Shown here piece by piece: positions 41,711 through 51,006 of a DNA stretch of 64,000 nt. Under the pieces are notes generated by a model. That model searched no databases. It saw nothing but the letters and a program-made list of their open reading frames with translations, and was not told the origin of the DNA. The DNA comes from Escherichia phage vB_EcoM_PTE-Eco05, in the sequence record PQ306573.1; one strand, written 5' to 3'. How positions within the stretch are numbered: position 1 is the first letter of the stretch; each line of letters begins with the position of its first letter. A program made the translations under genes and the position numbers.

Positions 41711-42292
41711 ATGGCTAGTTTAATTTTTACATATGCCGCTATGAACGCTGGTAAGTCTGCTTCATTACTTACCGCCGCACATAACTATAAAGAACGTGGC
41801 ATGGGTGTATTAGTTCTTAAACCGGCTATTGATACTCGCGATTCAAAAGGTGAAATAGTCTCTCGTATTGGTATTCGTCAGGACGCCAATATAATTACAA
41901 AAGACATGGATATCTTTGAATTCTATAAATGGGCTGCAGCACAAAAGGATATTCACTGCGTATTTGTTGACGAAGCTCAGTTCTTAACTACTGAAAAGGT
42001 GTATCAACTTAGTCGTATTGTTGACGTATACAATGTGCCGGTAATGGCATACGGACTACGAACAGATTTTAAAGGTAATCTATTTGAAGGTTCTCAAGCA
42101 TTAATGGCTATTGCCGATAAGCTTGTTGAACTTAAAGGTGTCTGTCATTGTGGTAAAAAGGCCACAATGGTAGCTAGAGTCACGGAAGACGGACTTCCAA
42201 TTACGGATGGCAGTCAAATTGAAATTGGTGATACCGATAGATATGTGTCATTATGCCGGAAGCATTGGAATGATTTGACAGGGTTGTTATAA
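41711..42292 (+). CDS. tk: thymidine kinase
   Basis: 193 aa, P-loop AAMNAGKS, zinc ribbon CHCGKK...C; T4 Tk length. Confidence 0.94.
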   Translation: MASLIFTYAAMNAGKSASLLTAAHNYKERGMGVLVLKPAIDTRDSKGEIVSRIGIRQDANIITKDMDIFEFYKWAAAQKDIHCVFVDEAQFLTTEKVYQLSRIVDVYNVPVMAYGLRTDFKGNLFEGSQALMAIADKLVELKGVCHCGKKATMVARVTEDGLPITDGSQIEIGDTDRYVSLCRKHWNDLTGLL

Positions 42293-42319
42293 ATACTAAT
42301 ATCTAACCAAGAGGTATAT

Positions 42320-42532
42320 ATGCAGCAATTAAACGAAAGACAACTTCGTAATCTTACTGTAACCCAATTGGATGAAATCCGAAGAGAATTAGGACATTCT
42401 ATTTCTCATTTAAACGAGGATATCCGTCAAACTGGTTCTAAAGCTGATTATACACGCAAGCGCAAGCTGGAAAAATACCTCACAGATGTTAAGGCCGTCC
42501 AAAGGCGAAAAATAAATACTGGCCAAAATTAA
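42320..42532 (+). CDS. small hypothetical protein (rI.1 position)
   Basis: 70-aa ORF. Confidence 0.55.
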   Translation: MQQLNERQLRNLTVTQLDEIRRELGHSISHLNEDIRQTGSKADYTRKRKLEKYLTDVKAVQRRKINTGQN

Positions 42533-42544
42533 CAGGAGGCCTAT

Positions 42545-42847
42545 ATGGCCTTAAGAGCGATAGCTGTCATGGCGATGCTGGGGTTTTTTGCAGCAACAAC
42601 TCCTATCGTTGGTACTGCATATATCGACCCATATTTTGATAACTTTATGGAATCAGGGATTAAAAACGTATATACTTTGTTTGAAATTCAAAATGTCGAG
42701 AATTCTGAAAAATTCTATAAGTATATGGCAAAGCATTACAAAAATAGCCCCTGTGATGATGCATTTGAATGTCATGAACAAGGCATAAAAACTGCCAGAC
42801 AATTTGCTGAGTTCATGAAAATAAAATTAGAGCCTACATCTATCTAA
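42545..42847 (+). CDS. rI: lysis inhibition regulator (antiholin) rI
   Basis: 100 aa, N-terminal signal anchor, DPYFDNFMESGIKNVYTLFE...CHEQG resembles recalled T4 RI. Confidence 0.88.
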   Translation: MALRAIAVMAMLGFFAATTPIVGTAYIDPYFDNFMESGIKNVYTLFEIQNVENSEKFYKYMAKHYKNSPCDDAFECHEQGIKTARQFAEFMKIKLEPTSI

Positions 42848-42854
42848 TTTACTA

Positions 42855-42881
42855 GCCCCTTCCTTATGGTTGGGGCTTTTT
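42855..42881 (+). terminator. rho-independent terminator (family copy 3)
   Basis: GCCCCTTCCTTATGGTTGGGGC + TTTTT directly after rI. Confidence 0.7.
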
Positions 42882-42882
42882 G

Positions 42883-42890
42883 TATAAATA
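42883..42890 (+). promoter_or_regulatory. T4-type late promoter TATAAATA
   Basis: Exact TATAAATA 25 bp upstream of ATG 42915. Confidence 0.65.
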
Positions 42891-42914
42891 TCCTTGTAAA
42901 CTAAGAGAGGATAT

Positions 42915-43472
42915 ATGAAATTTTTAAAATATGTAAGTTGGGTTGTTCTTGTTCCTATAGATTGGATCGCAGCGATTTTAGCAATTATTCTAGCACCATT
43001 TGTAGTTCCATTCCATAGTGAAAAAACCGGTAAACTACCTTATGGCTTTGACTGGATGATGACTTACGATAATCCTATCGATGGTGACCGCGGCCATGTT
43101 GAACGTTGGTCTAAAATACGTAAAATTCCTGTTATAGGTAAATATGCTCAACGCGTAGCTTGGCTATGGCGCAACAAAGCATATAATTTTTCGTATCATG
43201 TTTTAGGTCGCGAAGCTTCATCAGAATGGCACTATAAAGGCAACGCCGAAACTAAATCTGGATCTCCTGATCCGGCACATCATGGATATCTTTTAGTTTG
43301 GAACGAGTCGGCATGGGGATTATTCGCTGCTATACCTTATCTTAAGGTTGGTGGTATTACATTTTATCTGCGTGTTTACTGTGGTTGGAAACTTAAGAGT
43401 CTTTTGAGTCGTCCTATTCCACGCGCAATGCTTTCATTCCATATCAACCCTTTACGATATTACAAAAACTAA
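42915..43472 (+). CDS. membrane-anchored protein (rI.-1 position)
   Basis: 185 aa; N-terminal transmembrane helix then soluble domain. Confidence 0.7.
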   Translation: MKFLKYVSWVVLVPIDWIAAILAIILAPFVVPFHSEKTGKLPYGFDWMMTYDNPIDGDRGHVERWSKIRKIPVIGKYAQRVAWLWRNKAYNFSYHVLGREASSEWHYKGNAETKSGSPDPAHHGYLLVWNESAWGLFAAIPYLKVGGITFYLRVYCGWKLKSLLSRPIPRAMLSFHINPLRYYKN

Positions 43473-43477
43473 TCAAA

Positions 43478-43505
43478 GCCCCTTCCGAAAGGTTGGGGCT
43501 TTTTT
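43478..43505 (+). terminator. rho-independent terminator (family copy 4, GAAA loop)
   Basis: GCCCCTTCC-GAAA-GGTTGGGGC + TTTTTT. Confidence 0.7.
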
Positions 43506-43515
43506 GCATTTAGCA

Positions 43516-43566
43516 GTTTACTTCTCCTCAGGTTGTGTTATAGTAGACCTTACTTACTAGAGGAGA
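43516..43566 (+). promoter_or_regulatory. early promoter with anti-Shine-Dalgarno spacer
   Basis: -35 GTTTAC 43516-43521, -10 TATAGT 43539-43544; spacer TCTCCT complementary to AGGAGA 43561-43566. Confidence 0.6.
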
Positions 43567-43571
43567 ACGTT

Positions 43572-43751
43572 ATGTCACGTAAAGAAAAAATTTCTAAGTT
43601 AATGTTTTTGATTGAAGAGTACGCTAACGCTGTATCCGATTGGGAAAATGCTCATGGTTGCGAAGATGGAGACATCGACATTAACAGAGCTATGAAAAAG
43701 ATGGCTGATACGCACACCGAATTACAAATGTATGTTAACGAGATTATGTGA
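43572..43751 (+). CDS. small hypothetical protein
   Basis: 59 aa from MSRKEKISK. Confidence 0.55.
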   Translation: MSRKEKISKLMFLIEEYANAVSDWENAHGCEDGDIDINRAMKKMADTHTELQMYVNEIM

Positions 43752-43758
43752 GGATATT

Positions 43759-43965
43759 ATGCTTTACGATTATACTGGAAAATCCGAAGATGGTGTACTT
43801 GAACTTTTACCTGAAAGCGTTGAAGATGATGATACGGTGGTGATGTTTTGTAAAAATGGTCCTGGGGATAAGGGATGGATTTATCTTCGCCAAGAAAATG
43901 ACCTAATTGTTTTGGACCCTAAACAAGTTGAAGAACTTTATCAACATTTAAAACACAATCGGTAG
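43759..43965 (+). CDS. small acidic hypothetical protein
   Basis: 68 aa from MLYDYTGKSEDG after GAGGA. Confidence 0.55.
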   Translation: MLYDYTGKSEDGVLELLPESVEDDDTVVMFCKNGPGDKGWIYLRQENDLIVLDPKQVEELYQHLKHNR

Positions 43966-43994
43966 TTTACATCTTGATAGGACTATGGTATAGT
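43965..43994 (+). promoter_or_regulatory. early promoter cassette (GTTTAC-N18-TATAGT)
   Basis: TAGGACTATGGTATAGTAGTCCTACCAAAACAA core. Confidence 0.6.
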
Positions 43995-44022
43995 AGTCCT
44001 ACCAAAACAAATGGAGAACAAA

Positions 44023-44133
44023 ATGAAACTTTTGCTTATCGCTTATGTTGTAGTACAATATAATTATCCGATGTTTACTTATAACATGGTAAACGGCATA
44101 GTGAATCTTATTGAAACGAGTATGGTAAAATGA
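44023..44133 (+). CDS. 36-aa hydrophobic peptide (unannotated small ORF)
   Basis: MKLLLIAYVVVQYNYPMFTYNMVNGIVNLIETSMVK; GGAG 7 nt upstream; own promoter cassette; below the 60-aa ORF-track cutoff. Confidence 0.4.
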   Translation: MKLLLIAYVVVQYNYPMFTYNMVNGIVNLIETSMVK

Positions 44134-44244
44134 CCTGTGAACAAGCTAATAAATTGATGGATATTATTTAATTTTATAGAAATCAGGTTGATGCGTGCCA
44201 GAATGCTTTGGTGAATTTTGTTGAAACTTTAATTGGTGAATAAT

Positions 44245-44778
44245 ATGAAAACTGTAATTGAAACAACCGAGTTGTTTGGTGATTTATGTATCGAAAAACG
44301 TGGTTATGTGTATGTTCTGACACAAGAAGATGATGCTGCTACTATTCTTCCTATGGAACTGGATAAGATTTTAAAACTCAATCCGTCTGGACGTCGTCGA
44401 GAGGTAATTAACATTGGTGAAGACCTCCAAGTTCGTTTTTATCCTGGTCTTTACAACGCGGCCAATATCGAAACTGAAGACGAATGTTTTTCTATTAATA
44501 ATTGGAAAACATTCGTCACTAAGGTGAAAGAATTAATGGAATCTGAAACAGCCAAAAAGGCCAAACTTCAATGGGCTAAATGCCGTAATGCTTTTATTAC
44601 AAATCAGGACCGCCCTGACTATACAACAGTCCTGGGAGTTAATCCTTCTTATGAAGACGGTGATGTCGTAGTTATTCGCCAAATTGATGACCTTCGTCAA
44701 CATATCATTACATTAGACAAAGATGAAGCAGTTGCTCTTAAAGCTTATCTCGATTCTATTATCCCAACTTTGAAATAA
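44245..44778 (+). CDS. hypothetical protein
   Basis: 177 aa from MKTVIETTELFG. Confidence 0.6.
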   Translation: MKTVIETTELFGDLCIEKRGYVYVLTQEDDAATILPMELDKILKLNPSGRRREVINIGEDLQVRFYPGLYNAANIETEDECFSINNWKTFVTKVKELMESETAKKAKLQWAKCRNAFITNQDRPDYTTVLGVNPSYEDGDVVVIRQIDDLRQHIITLDKDEAVALKAYLDSIIPTLK

Positions 44779-44787
44779 GGAATTATT

Positions 44788-45261
44788 ATGATTATCAATG
44801 AAAACTCTTGGCATTTTAAAATTTATGCCGCGTTCAATAGTACACGGAATCGCCCGAAAACGTTGTGTGCTTATTTTTGGAAAACGTTAATCCCGGTATT
44901 GTCTGTTTCAATTATTGGATTTGCGATTTTAGCAGCAGTCATAATCATTGGCCAGGAAATTTTAACTAAATTCTTTGTTTTTAGCAGTCTATGGACATTA
45001 GTTCCAGCCTCAATTGGTGTAGGCATTTTAATGGTAGCAGTCATGGCTTTTATTGCTGCTGGGTTGGTAATTGGTCCGTCTTGGTTGTTAGACAAATATA
45101 ACGACAGAAAATATTATAAAGAAATTGAGCTCATTGCACAAAACCAAGAACGAATTAAAAATGGACTGGAGCCTATTGAACGTAAGAAATCATTAATAGG
45201 CGAATACCTTAAAGCTCGTAAAGAAAAAGTCTGTCCTACTCTTGAATATAAGGCTAAATGA
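44788..45261 (+). CDS. membrane protein
   Basis: 157 aa; three predicted transmembrane segments. Confidence 0.6.
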   Translation: MIINENSWHFKIYAAFNSTRNRPKTLCAYFWKTLIPVLSVSIIGFAILAAVIIIGQEILTKFFVFSSLWTLVPASIGVGILMVAVMAFIAAGLVIGPSWLLDKYNDRKYYKEIELIAQNQERIKNGLEPIERKKSLIGEYLKARKEKVCPTLEYKAK

Positions 45262-46247
45262 TGAAAACGATTGTTAAGGCTTACTTTGGTAGCCACCTTT
45301 ATGGAACGTCTACTCCTGAATCTGACATCGATTTTAAAGAAATTTATGTCCCTCATGCTCGTGATATCTTGACCGGTAACGTTAAAGAACACATGAGCAA
45401 GAACACGAATAACACATCTTCTAAGAACACAAAAGACGACGTGGACCATGAGTTGTATAGTCTCAAATATTTCTTTAAACTATCTGCGGATGGTGAAACC
45501 GTCGCATTAGATATGCTTCACACTCCACAAAGTCTAGTAGTTAAATCTGATTTGCCTGATGTATGGAAGTATATTCAAGATAACAGGTCTCGTTTCTATA
45601 CCACTAACATGAAATCTTATTTAGGGTATGTCCGTAAACAAGCTTCTAAATACGGTGTCAAGGGTTCTCGACTGGCTGTTCTTCGTCAAGCCCTTAAACG
45701 TTCTAATGAATGGGGACAATACTTTGATAATGGTGCAGTAATTCGTTTATCACATATGAAGAATGTTCTGCCTGTAGGTGAATTTGCTTCGTGGGTTGAA
45801 ACCGAAAACGAGAAAACAGGTAAGCAAACATTCTATAATCTGTTAGACCGTAAATTCCAAGACACGTTAACCAATAAAGAGTTCAATGCCATCCTGGTTA
45901 AACTGGAAGAGAACTATGGTGAACGTGCTCGTAAGGCGGAAGCCAACGAAGGTATTGACTGGAAAGCATTGAGTCATGCATGTCGTGGTGGACTTCAACT
46001 ATTGGAAATTTACAAAACCGGCGACCTGGTTTACCCACTTCAGGATGCTCCATTTATTCTCGATGTTAAGCTTGGTAAACATACGTTTAAAACTGTACAA
46101 GAATTCCTAGAAGATATCGTTGAACAAGTTGAACAAGCATCAGAACAAGCCGCTAAGAACGGTATGCAACAAAAAGTAGATATGAGTTTCTGGGATGACT
46201 TCCTTGAACAAGTCTACTTAGAAAACCACAATTCGTACTATAAATGA
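45258..46247 (+). CDS. nucleotidyltransferase-fold protein
   Basis: N-terminal YFGSHLYGTSTPESDIDF fits the minimal NTase motif G-S-x10-D-x-D; 329 aa. Confidence 0.7.
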   Translation: MMKTIVKAYFGSHLYGTSTPESDIDFKEIYVPHARDILTGNVKEHMSKNTNNTSSKNTKDDVDHELYSLKYFFKLSADGETVALDMLHTPQSLVVKSDLPDVWKYIQDNRSRFYTTNMKSYLGYVRKQASKYGVKGSRLAVLRQALKRSNEWGQYFDNGAVIRLSHMKNVLPVGEFASWVETENEKTGKQTFYNLLDRKFQDTLTNKEFNAILVKLEENYGERARKAEANEGIDWKALSHACRGGLQLLEIYKTGDLVYPLQDAPFILDVKLGKHTFKTVQEFLEDIVEQVEQASEQAAKNGMQQKVDMSFWDDFLEQVYLENHNSYYK

Positions 46248-46249
46248 TA

Positions 46250-46267
46250 AGGGCCTTCGGGCCCTTT
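46250..46267 (+). terminator. hairpin GGGCC-UUCG-GGCCC + UUU after the NTase gene
   Basis: Perfect 5-bp GC stem, UUCG loop, short U-run. Confidence 0.5.
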
Positions 46268-46294
46268 AGGGGGTGAAAATATTTTTAAAAAGTA

Positions 46295-46323
46295 GTGTAC
46301 ATGCTTTTAGGATATGTTATTAT
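46295..46323 (+). promoter_or_regulatory. early promoter (GTGTAC-N17-TATTAT)
   Basis: ATGTTATTATAGACCTATC core shared with the 46575 and 48052 promoters. Confidence 0.55.
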
Positions 46324-46353
46324 AGACCTATCAAAACAAGAGGAGAAAACAAA

Positions 46354-46572
46354 ATGAAAACCAAAATGTTAGAAATGATTCGTGAAGCTGGTGATAAAGG
46401 TCTTATGGTTAACACTCGTGATGCAGACCAACGTCAAGCATTCGGTGAACTGAAATCTAAAGGTCTTGTTAAAGCATCCTTGGGAATCGGTAATGCATTA
46501 CGAGTCACTTTGACTCCTGCTGGTAAAGCAGTGTTCTTTCAACCTCTTACCAAAAAATCTCGTCGCAAATAA
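46354..46572 (+). CDS. small basic protein
   Basis: 72 aa from MKTKMLEMIREAG after AGGAG; ORF track start 46273 lies upstream of the promoter. Confidence 0.55.
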   Translation: MKTKMLEMIREAGDKGLMVNTRDADQRQAFGELKSKGLVKASLGIGNALRVTLTPAGKAVFFQPLTKKSRRK

Positions 46573-46574
46573 TT

Positions 46575-46603
46575 GTTTACTTTTGCTTTAAACATGTTAT
46601 TAT
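46575..46603 (+). promoter_or_regulatory. early promoter (GTTTAC-N17-TATTAT)
   Basis: Upstream of ATG 46643. Confidence 0.6.
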
Positions 46604-46642
46604 AGACCTATCGAAACGAAATGAGTAAATTTGGAGAATAAA

Positions 46643-47623
46643 ATGTTCAACGTTCAAATCAAAAAAGGTATCTATCGTAATAACGAAATCTCTGGTTCTT
46701 ATGTCGCCACAAAGACATGGTTCCCGGCAAAGCTTAATCCTGAATGTTCCCACTTAGGTGACGGTAAAATTTTCGTTATGATTGATGGTTCTGAACGTGG
46801 AGTATGGGTCTTCAAATCAGACATCATAATGGAAGGAGTTGAGACATCACCAGTTGCAGTTGCTGAAAGCACTGAAGATATGAAAACTCGTATCAACAAA
46901 CGCTTTAAAGTAATGAACATGATGACGAATGGCATTATTGATGGCAAAATTCGTTCACTCATTATTTCAGGTGCAGCCGGTATTGGTAAGACGTATTCTC
47001 TGGATAAAGCACTTAATAGTGCTAATGATAACGGTTTCATCAAATACAAAAGCATTAATGGTAAAATCTCTGGTATTGGCCTTTACGAACAACTTTGGCT
47101 CAACCGTGATGCAGACAGCGTTCTCTTAATCGACGACGTTGATGTATTCTCAGATATGGACATCTTGAACCTTCTTAAAGCAGCATTAGATACCGGAGAT
47201 AAACGCAAAGTTTGTTGGAGCACTGCGTCATCTTATCTCGATGATAAGGGTATTGATAAAGAATTCGAGTTTGAAGGTACTATCGTTTTCATTACAAACG
47301 TTGATATCGATAAAGAGTTAGAACGCGGTTCTAAACTTGCTCCACACCTTCAAGCTTTAGTATCTCGTTCAGTGTATCTCGATCTTGGAGTACACTCTAA
47401 TGAAGAGATTATGGTTCGAGTTGAAGATGTAATATTATCTACTGACATGATGCAGAAACGTGGTCTGACGGATGCAGAAACGTATAAAGCATTGTCCTGG
47501 ATGAAGGCTAACGTATCTCGTCTTCGCAATGTATCATTACGTACGGCTCTTTATGTAGCAGATTTTATTTCAACTGATAAAGATGGTTGGGAGGAAATCT
47601 CTGAAGTAACTTTACTGAAATAA
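46643..47623 (+). CDS. AAA-type ATPase
   Basis: Walker A GAAGIGKT, Walker B LLIDDVD; 326 aa. Confidence 0.75.
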   Translation: MFNVQIKKGIYRNNEISGSYVATKTWFPAKLNPECSHLGDGKIFVMIDGSERGVWVFKSDIIMEGVETSPVAVAESTEDMKTRINKRFKVMNMMTNGIIDGKIRSLIISGAAGIGKTYSLDKALNSANDNGFIKYKSINGKISGIGLYEQLWLNRDADSVLLIDDVDVFSDMDILNLLKAALDTGDKRKVCWSTASSYLDDKGIDKEFEFEGTIVFITNVDIDKELERGSKLAPHLQALVSRSVYLDLGVHSNEEIMVRVEDVILSTDMMQKRGLTDAETYKALSWMKANVSRLRNVSLRTALYVADFISTDKDGWEEISEVTLLK

Positions 47624-47761
47624 GCTTATAGGAAGTTCTGAGGTGACAAAAGCCATAAAGATGAATAATCATACGGCTTACCTCAAAGAAGGACACCAGG
47701 AACCTACTGAGGGCATAGGAATATTTAAAAATAATGATGTACAAATCAAAGAGGATATGTT

Positions 47762-48049
47762 ATGGATTTTATGCAAAAAATTAAAGCCGCAGTCGAACTC
47801 TATGCTCATCGTATGGTTAGTTCTACAATGCAATATAGCGAGGAGGTTCGCCAGGTCTCTTCCTTGAAAGGAAAAACTAAAGCCTTAATTACCTTAGATC
47901 GTTTGCAAAAGAATGCTATAGAGATGCTCCAGTACGACAAGGGTGTATATAAGAAAGAGCAGGAAGAGAAACTTAAATCTGAAAAATTACAAAAAATCCC
48001 GAAGTCTGTTTGGTTCAGTGGAAAAAATACCGAAAAAAGTTTCTTTTAG
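47762..48049 (+). CDS. hypothetical coiled-coil protein
   Basis: 95-aa ORF. Confidence 0.5.
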   Translation: MDFMQKIKAAVELYAHRMVSSTMQYSEEVRQVSSLKGKTKALITLDRLQKNAIEMLQYDKGVYKKEQEEKLKSEKLQKIPKSVWFSGKNTEKSFF

Positions 48050-48051
48050 TT

Positions 48052-48080
48052 GTTTACAAGGTCTATGGTTATGTTATTAT
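48052..48080 (+). promoter_or_regulatory. early promoter (GTTTAC-N17-TATTAT) with AGGTCT/AGACCT inverted repeat
   Basis: Upstream of ATG 48108. Confidence 0.6.
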
Positions 48081-48107
48081 AGACCTATCAACTACTGGAG
48101 GTAAAAC

Positions 48108-48635
48108 ATGAACGCTAAAGATATTTTCAACCTGGTAAATTATAACGACGGTAAATTTAAATCTGAAGCACAAAGCAAGTTCTTTAATGACATTGCTTAT
48201 GGTAACGAGATTACCGTGGACGGAGGTCAGATTTTCAAATCTCGCTGGAATTGGATTGTTATCATCGATTCAGTTGGAATTGTGGAAGTCTACAAAAACA
48301 CTAACAAAAAACGTACATTATTCTGGTCTCGTGAAACTAACGAGCAGTACAAAAAGGATAAAGCATCTCGTTTATCCAAAGTAACCCAGGAAGATATCGA
48401 GTTTATCAAGAAAGATATCGAGATGTACGAAAATTTAATCGCTGAAGACCAGGCAGTACTCGATAAGTTTGATGAAATTAAAGCTTCTCGTGAAATCCCT
48501 GACTTCATGAAAGAAGCAGTAAACGAACGATACGCTCTCACTTCAGAACGTATTGCAAACTATACAAAACAGAAAGCAGAACGTATTAGTACTCTTCGGA
48601 AATTTGAAGAACGTTTAAAGACGGTTCACGCATAA
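48108..48635 (+). CDS. hypothetical protein
   Basis: 175-aa ORF. Confidence 0.65.
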   Translation: MNAKDIFNLVNYNDGKFKSEAQSKFFNDIAYGNEITVDGGQIFKSRWNWIVIIDSVGIVEVYKNTNKKRTLFWSRETNEQYKKDKASRLSKVTQEDIEFIKKDIEMYENLIAEDQAVLDKFDEIKASREIPDFMKEAVNERYALTSERIANYTKQKAERISTLRKFEERLKTVHA

Positions 48636-48697
48636 ACGCTTTACCCAAGGACGGGTTATAATGGTTTTGAGTTCCAATTCAATCTGAGGAAATAGTT

Positions 48698-49693
48698 ATG
48701 AGCATTACATCTGATGCGGTAAAACATGAAATTAACGGTTTATGTGCTTCACAGATTAAAGTATGGTTTAAAGACCATAACGATCGCAGAGCACTTAATT
48801 ATGAGCAAATTGCTATCCAAGTTCATCAATTACTGACTAGTAAATTTGATTTTCATATGCCGTCTGAAATCTATACTAATCTGCCGCGAGCACTTATTAA
48901 AGCGTGTAAAGGTTATGGAAAATCAATGGCTGATGGAATCTTCAGCGCGCTGAATAAACTTAACGTTCTGTCGATGATTAACTCTAACAACATCCTGCGT
49001 AATCTAGGACGTACTGATTTGTTCGGCCGTGAACAGGGTAAAATGCCTTTGAAATGGATTGTTGCTCATCTTAACGAGAACCAAACACGTTTTATGGCCG
49101 TAACAGCACGTTTACAAATGGGCCTAGATCGTCAGATGAACTTTAAAACTCATCAGCGTTATTCAGGTTCAACAGACTTTTATAAATGCGAGCTTCAAAA
49201 GGTTGCAGGTAAAACCGTTTTAGTGGTTCGTGTAACGTTTGAAGGACGACGTCAAGGATATTTTGACCTAATCGGCTCCGGTCTTAAACATTGTGGATTT
49301 ATCGACGAAGTTGATATCAAGCGAGACGGCGTTGGATACCGTATTGGGTATGTTTGTACTCTTAAAGAAGAGATTTCAGGACCAGCTCCAGGACTAAAAG
49401 ACGTTAGATATAAAGACGAGCTCGTTGAAGAAATAAAAGAAGTTGAATATGATATCAACCAAGAAGATGCTCTTAAAGACCTTATTGATGAACTGAACCA
49501 AGACGTTATTCCGGTTCAGAAATTTGAATCAAAACATGCTGAGCAAATCAAATACTTTGAAGCTTTGATTAACGAACTTAATGTAACTATTCAACAGACT
49601 GACGATGAAATCTCACGATTAGCAGGCTTAAACGGTAAAAATAAAACAGAACGAGCTAATCTTATTCAGGTAGTAAAACTTCTTAAGGAATGA
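48698..49693 (+). CDS. hypothetical protein
   Basis: 331-aa ORF; no motif recognised. Confidence 0.65.
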   Translation: MSITSDAVKHEINGLCASQIKVWFKDHNDRRALNYEQIAIQVHQLLTSKFDFHMPSEIYTNLPRALIKACKGYGKSMADGIFSALNKLNVLSMINSNNILRNLGRTDLFGREQGKMPLKWIVAHLNENQTRFMAVTARLQMGLDRQMNFKTHQRYSGSTDFYKCELQKVAGKTVLVVRVTFEGRRQGYFDLIGSGLKHCGFIDEVDIKRDGVGYRIGYVCTLKEEISGPAPGLKDVRYKDELVEEIKEVEYDINQEDALKDLIDELNQDVIPVQKFESKHAEQIKYFEALINELNVTIQQTDDEISRLAGLNGKNKTERANLIQVVKLLKE

Positions 49694-49722
49694 TGTACAA
49701 CCAAGGATGGTTGGAGTATAAT
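49693..49722 (+). promoter_or_regulatory. early promoter (ATGTAC-N18-TATAAT)
   Basis: Upstream of ATG 49751. Confidence 0.5.
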
Positions 49723-49750
49723 GAACCTATCTTAACGAGAGGAAAATATT

Positions 49751-50701
49751 ATGACACGTTCACATTACATTGAATACTTTGCCGGTCTTATCGCTAACGT
49801 TCATGCTCAGCGCGCTTCTGGTGCACTAGGATTTGATGTTCCACACCGAGATGTAGTAAGTGGTATTCTTCGCGATTTTGGTACATACACAGGCCAAGAA
49901 AATCATATCTGTAAAGATACTCAAAATGCATATTCTCATTCATTAGGGACACTGCTTCAATGGTTCAAACGTTCTCGTTTATTATCTTCTACTGTAGCTC
50001 GTGATAACATCAAAAACTTTATGAAGCCGAGCTTTATTAAATCTGTGACATCTAAAACCGATTTGGTTGAATTCACTATTGTTAATGATGTTAAAAAGAC
50101 TCATTTGGCTGATTGGTTATCTACCATTCCTGAAACTAAATTTGCTGATAAATTTGCTTGTGAATTCAATAACCAAGTGAATATGCTTTTTAAACATTCT
50201 CGTAAATTATTCACAGGTGGCGATGGTCGTACAAATAAAGTTCATGTTAAAGATTGGGTTACTGCAGTATTCAAACCAACTGGTAATGGTAACGCATCAT
50301 TGTCAATTGATATCCAGGTTCCTTATTACTACTCACGTAATCTCGGTACCATGAAAGCTGAAGAAATTAATAAGCATAACAAAACCGTTCGTTCGTTGTC
50401 TTATAAACTTATTACATTGTTAGAGACTATGGATGTTGTTGAAACGTTCGACGAATCCGAAGATAACGGTTCAATGTTATACAGTTCTCGTACCCGAATT
50501 AAGCTGAAGTCCCCTAACGAGTATAAGCCTAAGCCTATTAAAGAGCCTAAAGCAGAAAAAGTTGATAACTTAAGAGAAGAACGCGAATATCTCAAATCTC
50601 GTCTGAAAGAAGTCGAAGCCCAGATTGCAGAACAAACTAAATCGTTAAAAGCTCTGAATGCGAAAGCGGATGGTTTACGAAATGCCATTGAGGTTTTATA
50701 A
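49751..50701 (+). CDS. hypothetical protein with C-terminal coiled coil
   Basis: 316-aa ORF. Confidence 0.65.
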   Translation: MTRSHYIEYFAGLIANVHAQRASGALGFDVPHRDVVSGILRDFGTYTGQENHICKDTQNAYSHSLGTLLQWFKRSRLLSSTVARDNIKNFMKPSFIKSVTSKTDLVEFTIVNDVKKTHLADWLSTIPETKFADKFACEFNNQVNMLFKHSRKLFTGGDGRTNKVHVKDWVTAVFKPTGNGNASLSIDIQVPYYYSRNLGTMKAEEINKHNKTVRSLSYKLITLLETMDVVETFDESEDNGSMLYSSRTRIKLKSPNEYKPKPIKEPKAEKVDNLREEREYLKSRLKEVEAQIAEQTKSLKALNAKADGLRNAIEVL

Positions 50702-51006
50702 TGAAACTACGTCTTTTAGAGGATATTGATATGAACACTAATCACAGCTTGGTTAAGTTTATTGACGATAGTTCAAAGATTGAATTTGTTCAGCGAGATA
50801 AAATCCACGGTGAAGAGGAGTTCGTTCCTCCAGCATGGAACGAAATCATGAAAATGGTTGAACGACGTGAAAATGCTGCCAAATCGGCAGCAAAACATCC
50901 ATGTCCGGAATGTGGAACTATCCAAGTCCAACTGGTTAACTGGACCACTGATAACTTGAAATTGAAATGCCGTAAATGCTTCCACAAATTTGAGAGAACA
51001 TTATAA
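50701..51006 (+). CDS. zinc-ribbon protein
   Basis: 101 aa; CPECG...CRKC. Confidence 0.6.
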   Translation: MKLRLLEDIDMNTNHSLVKFIDDSSKIEFVQRDKIHGEEEFVPPAWNEIMKMVERRENAAKSAAKHPCPECGTIQVQLVNWTTDNLKLKCRKCFHKFERTL

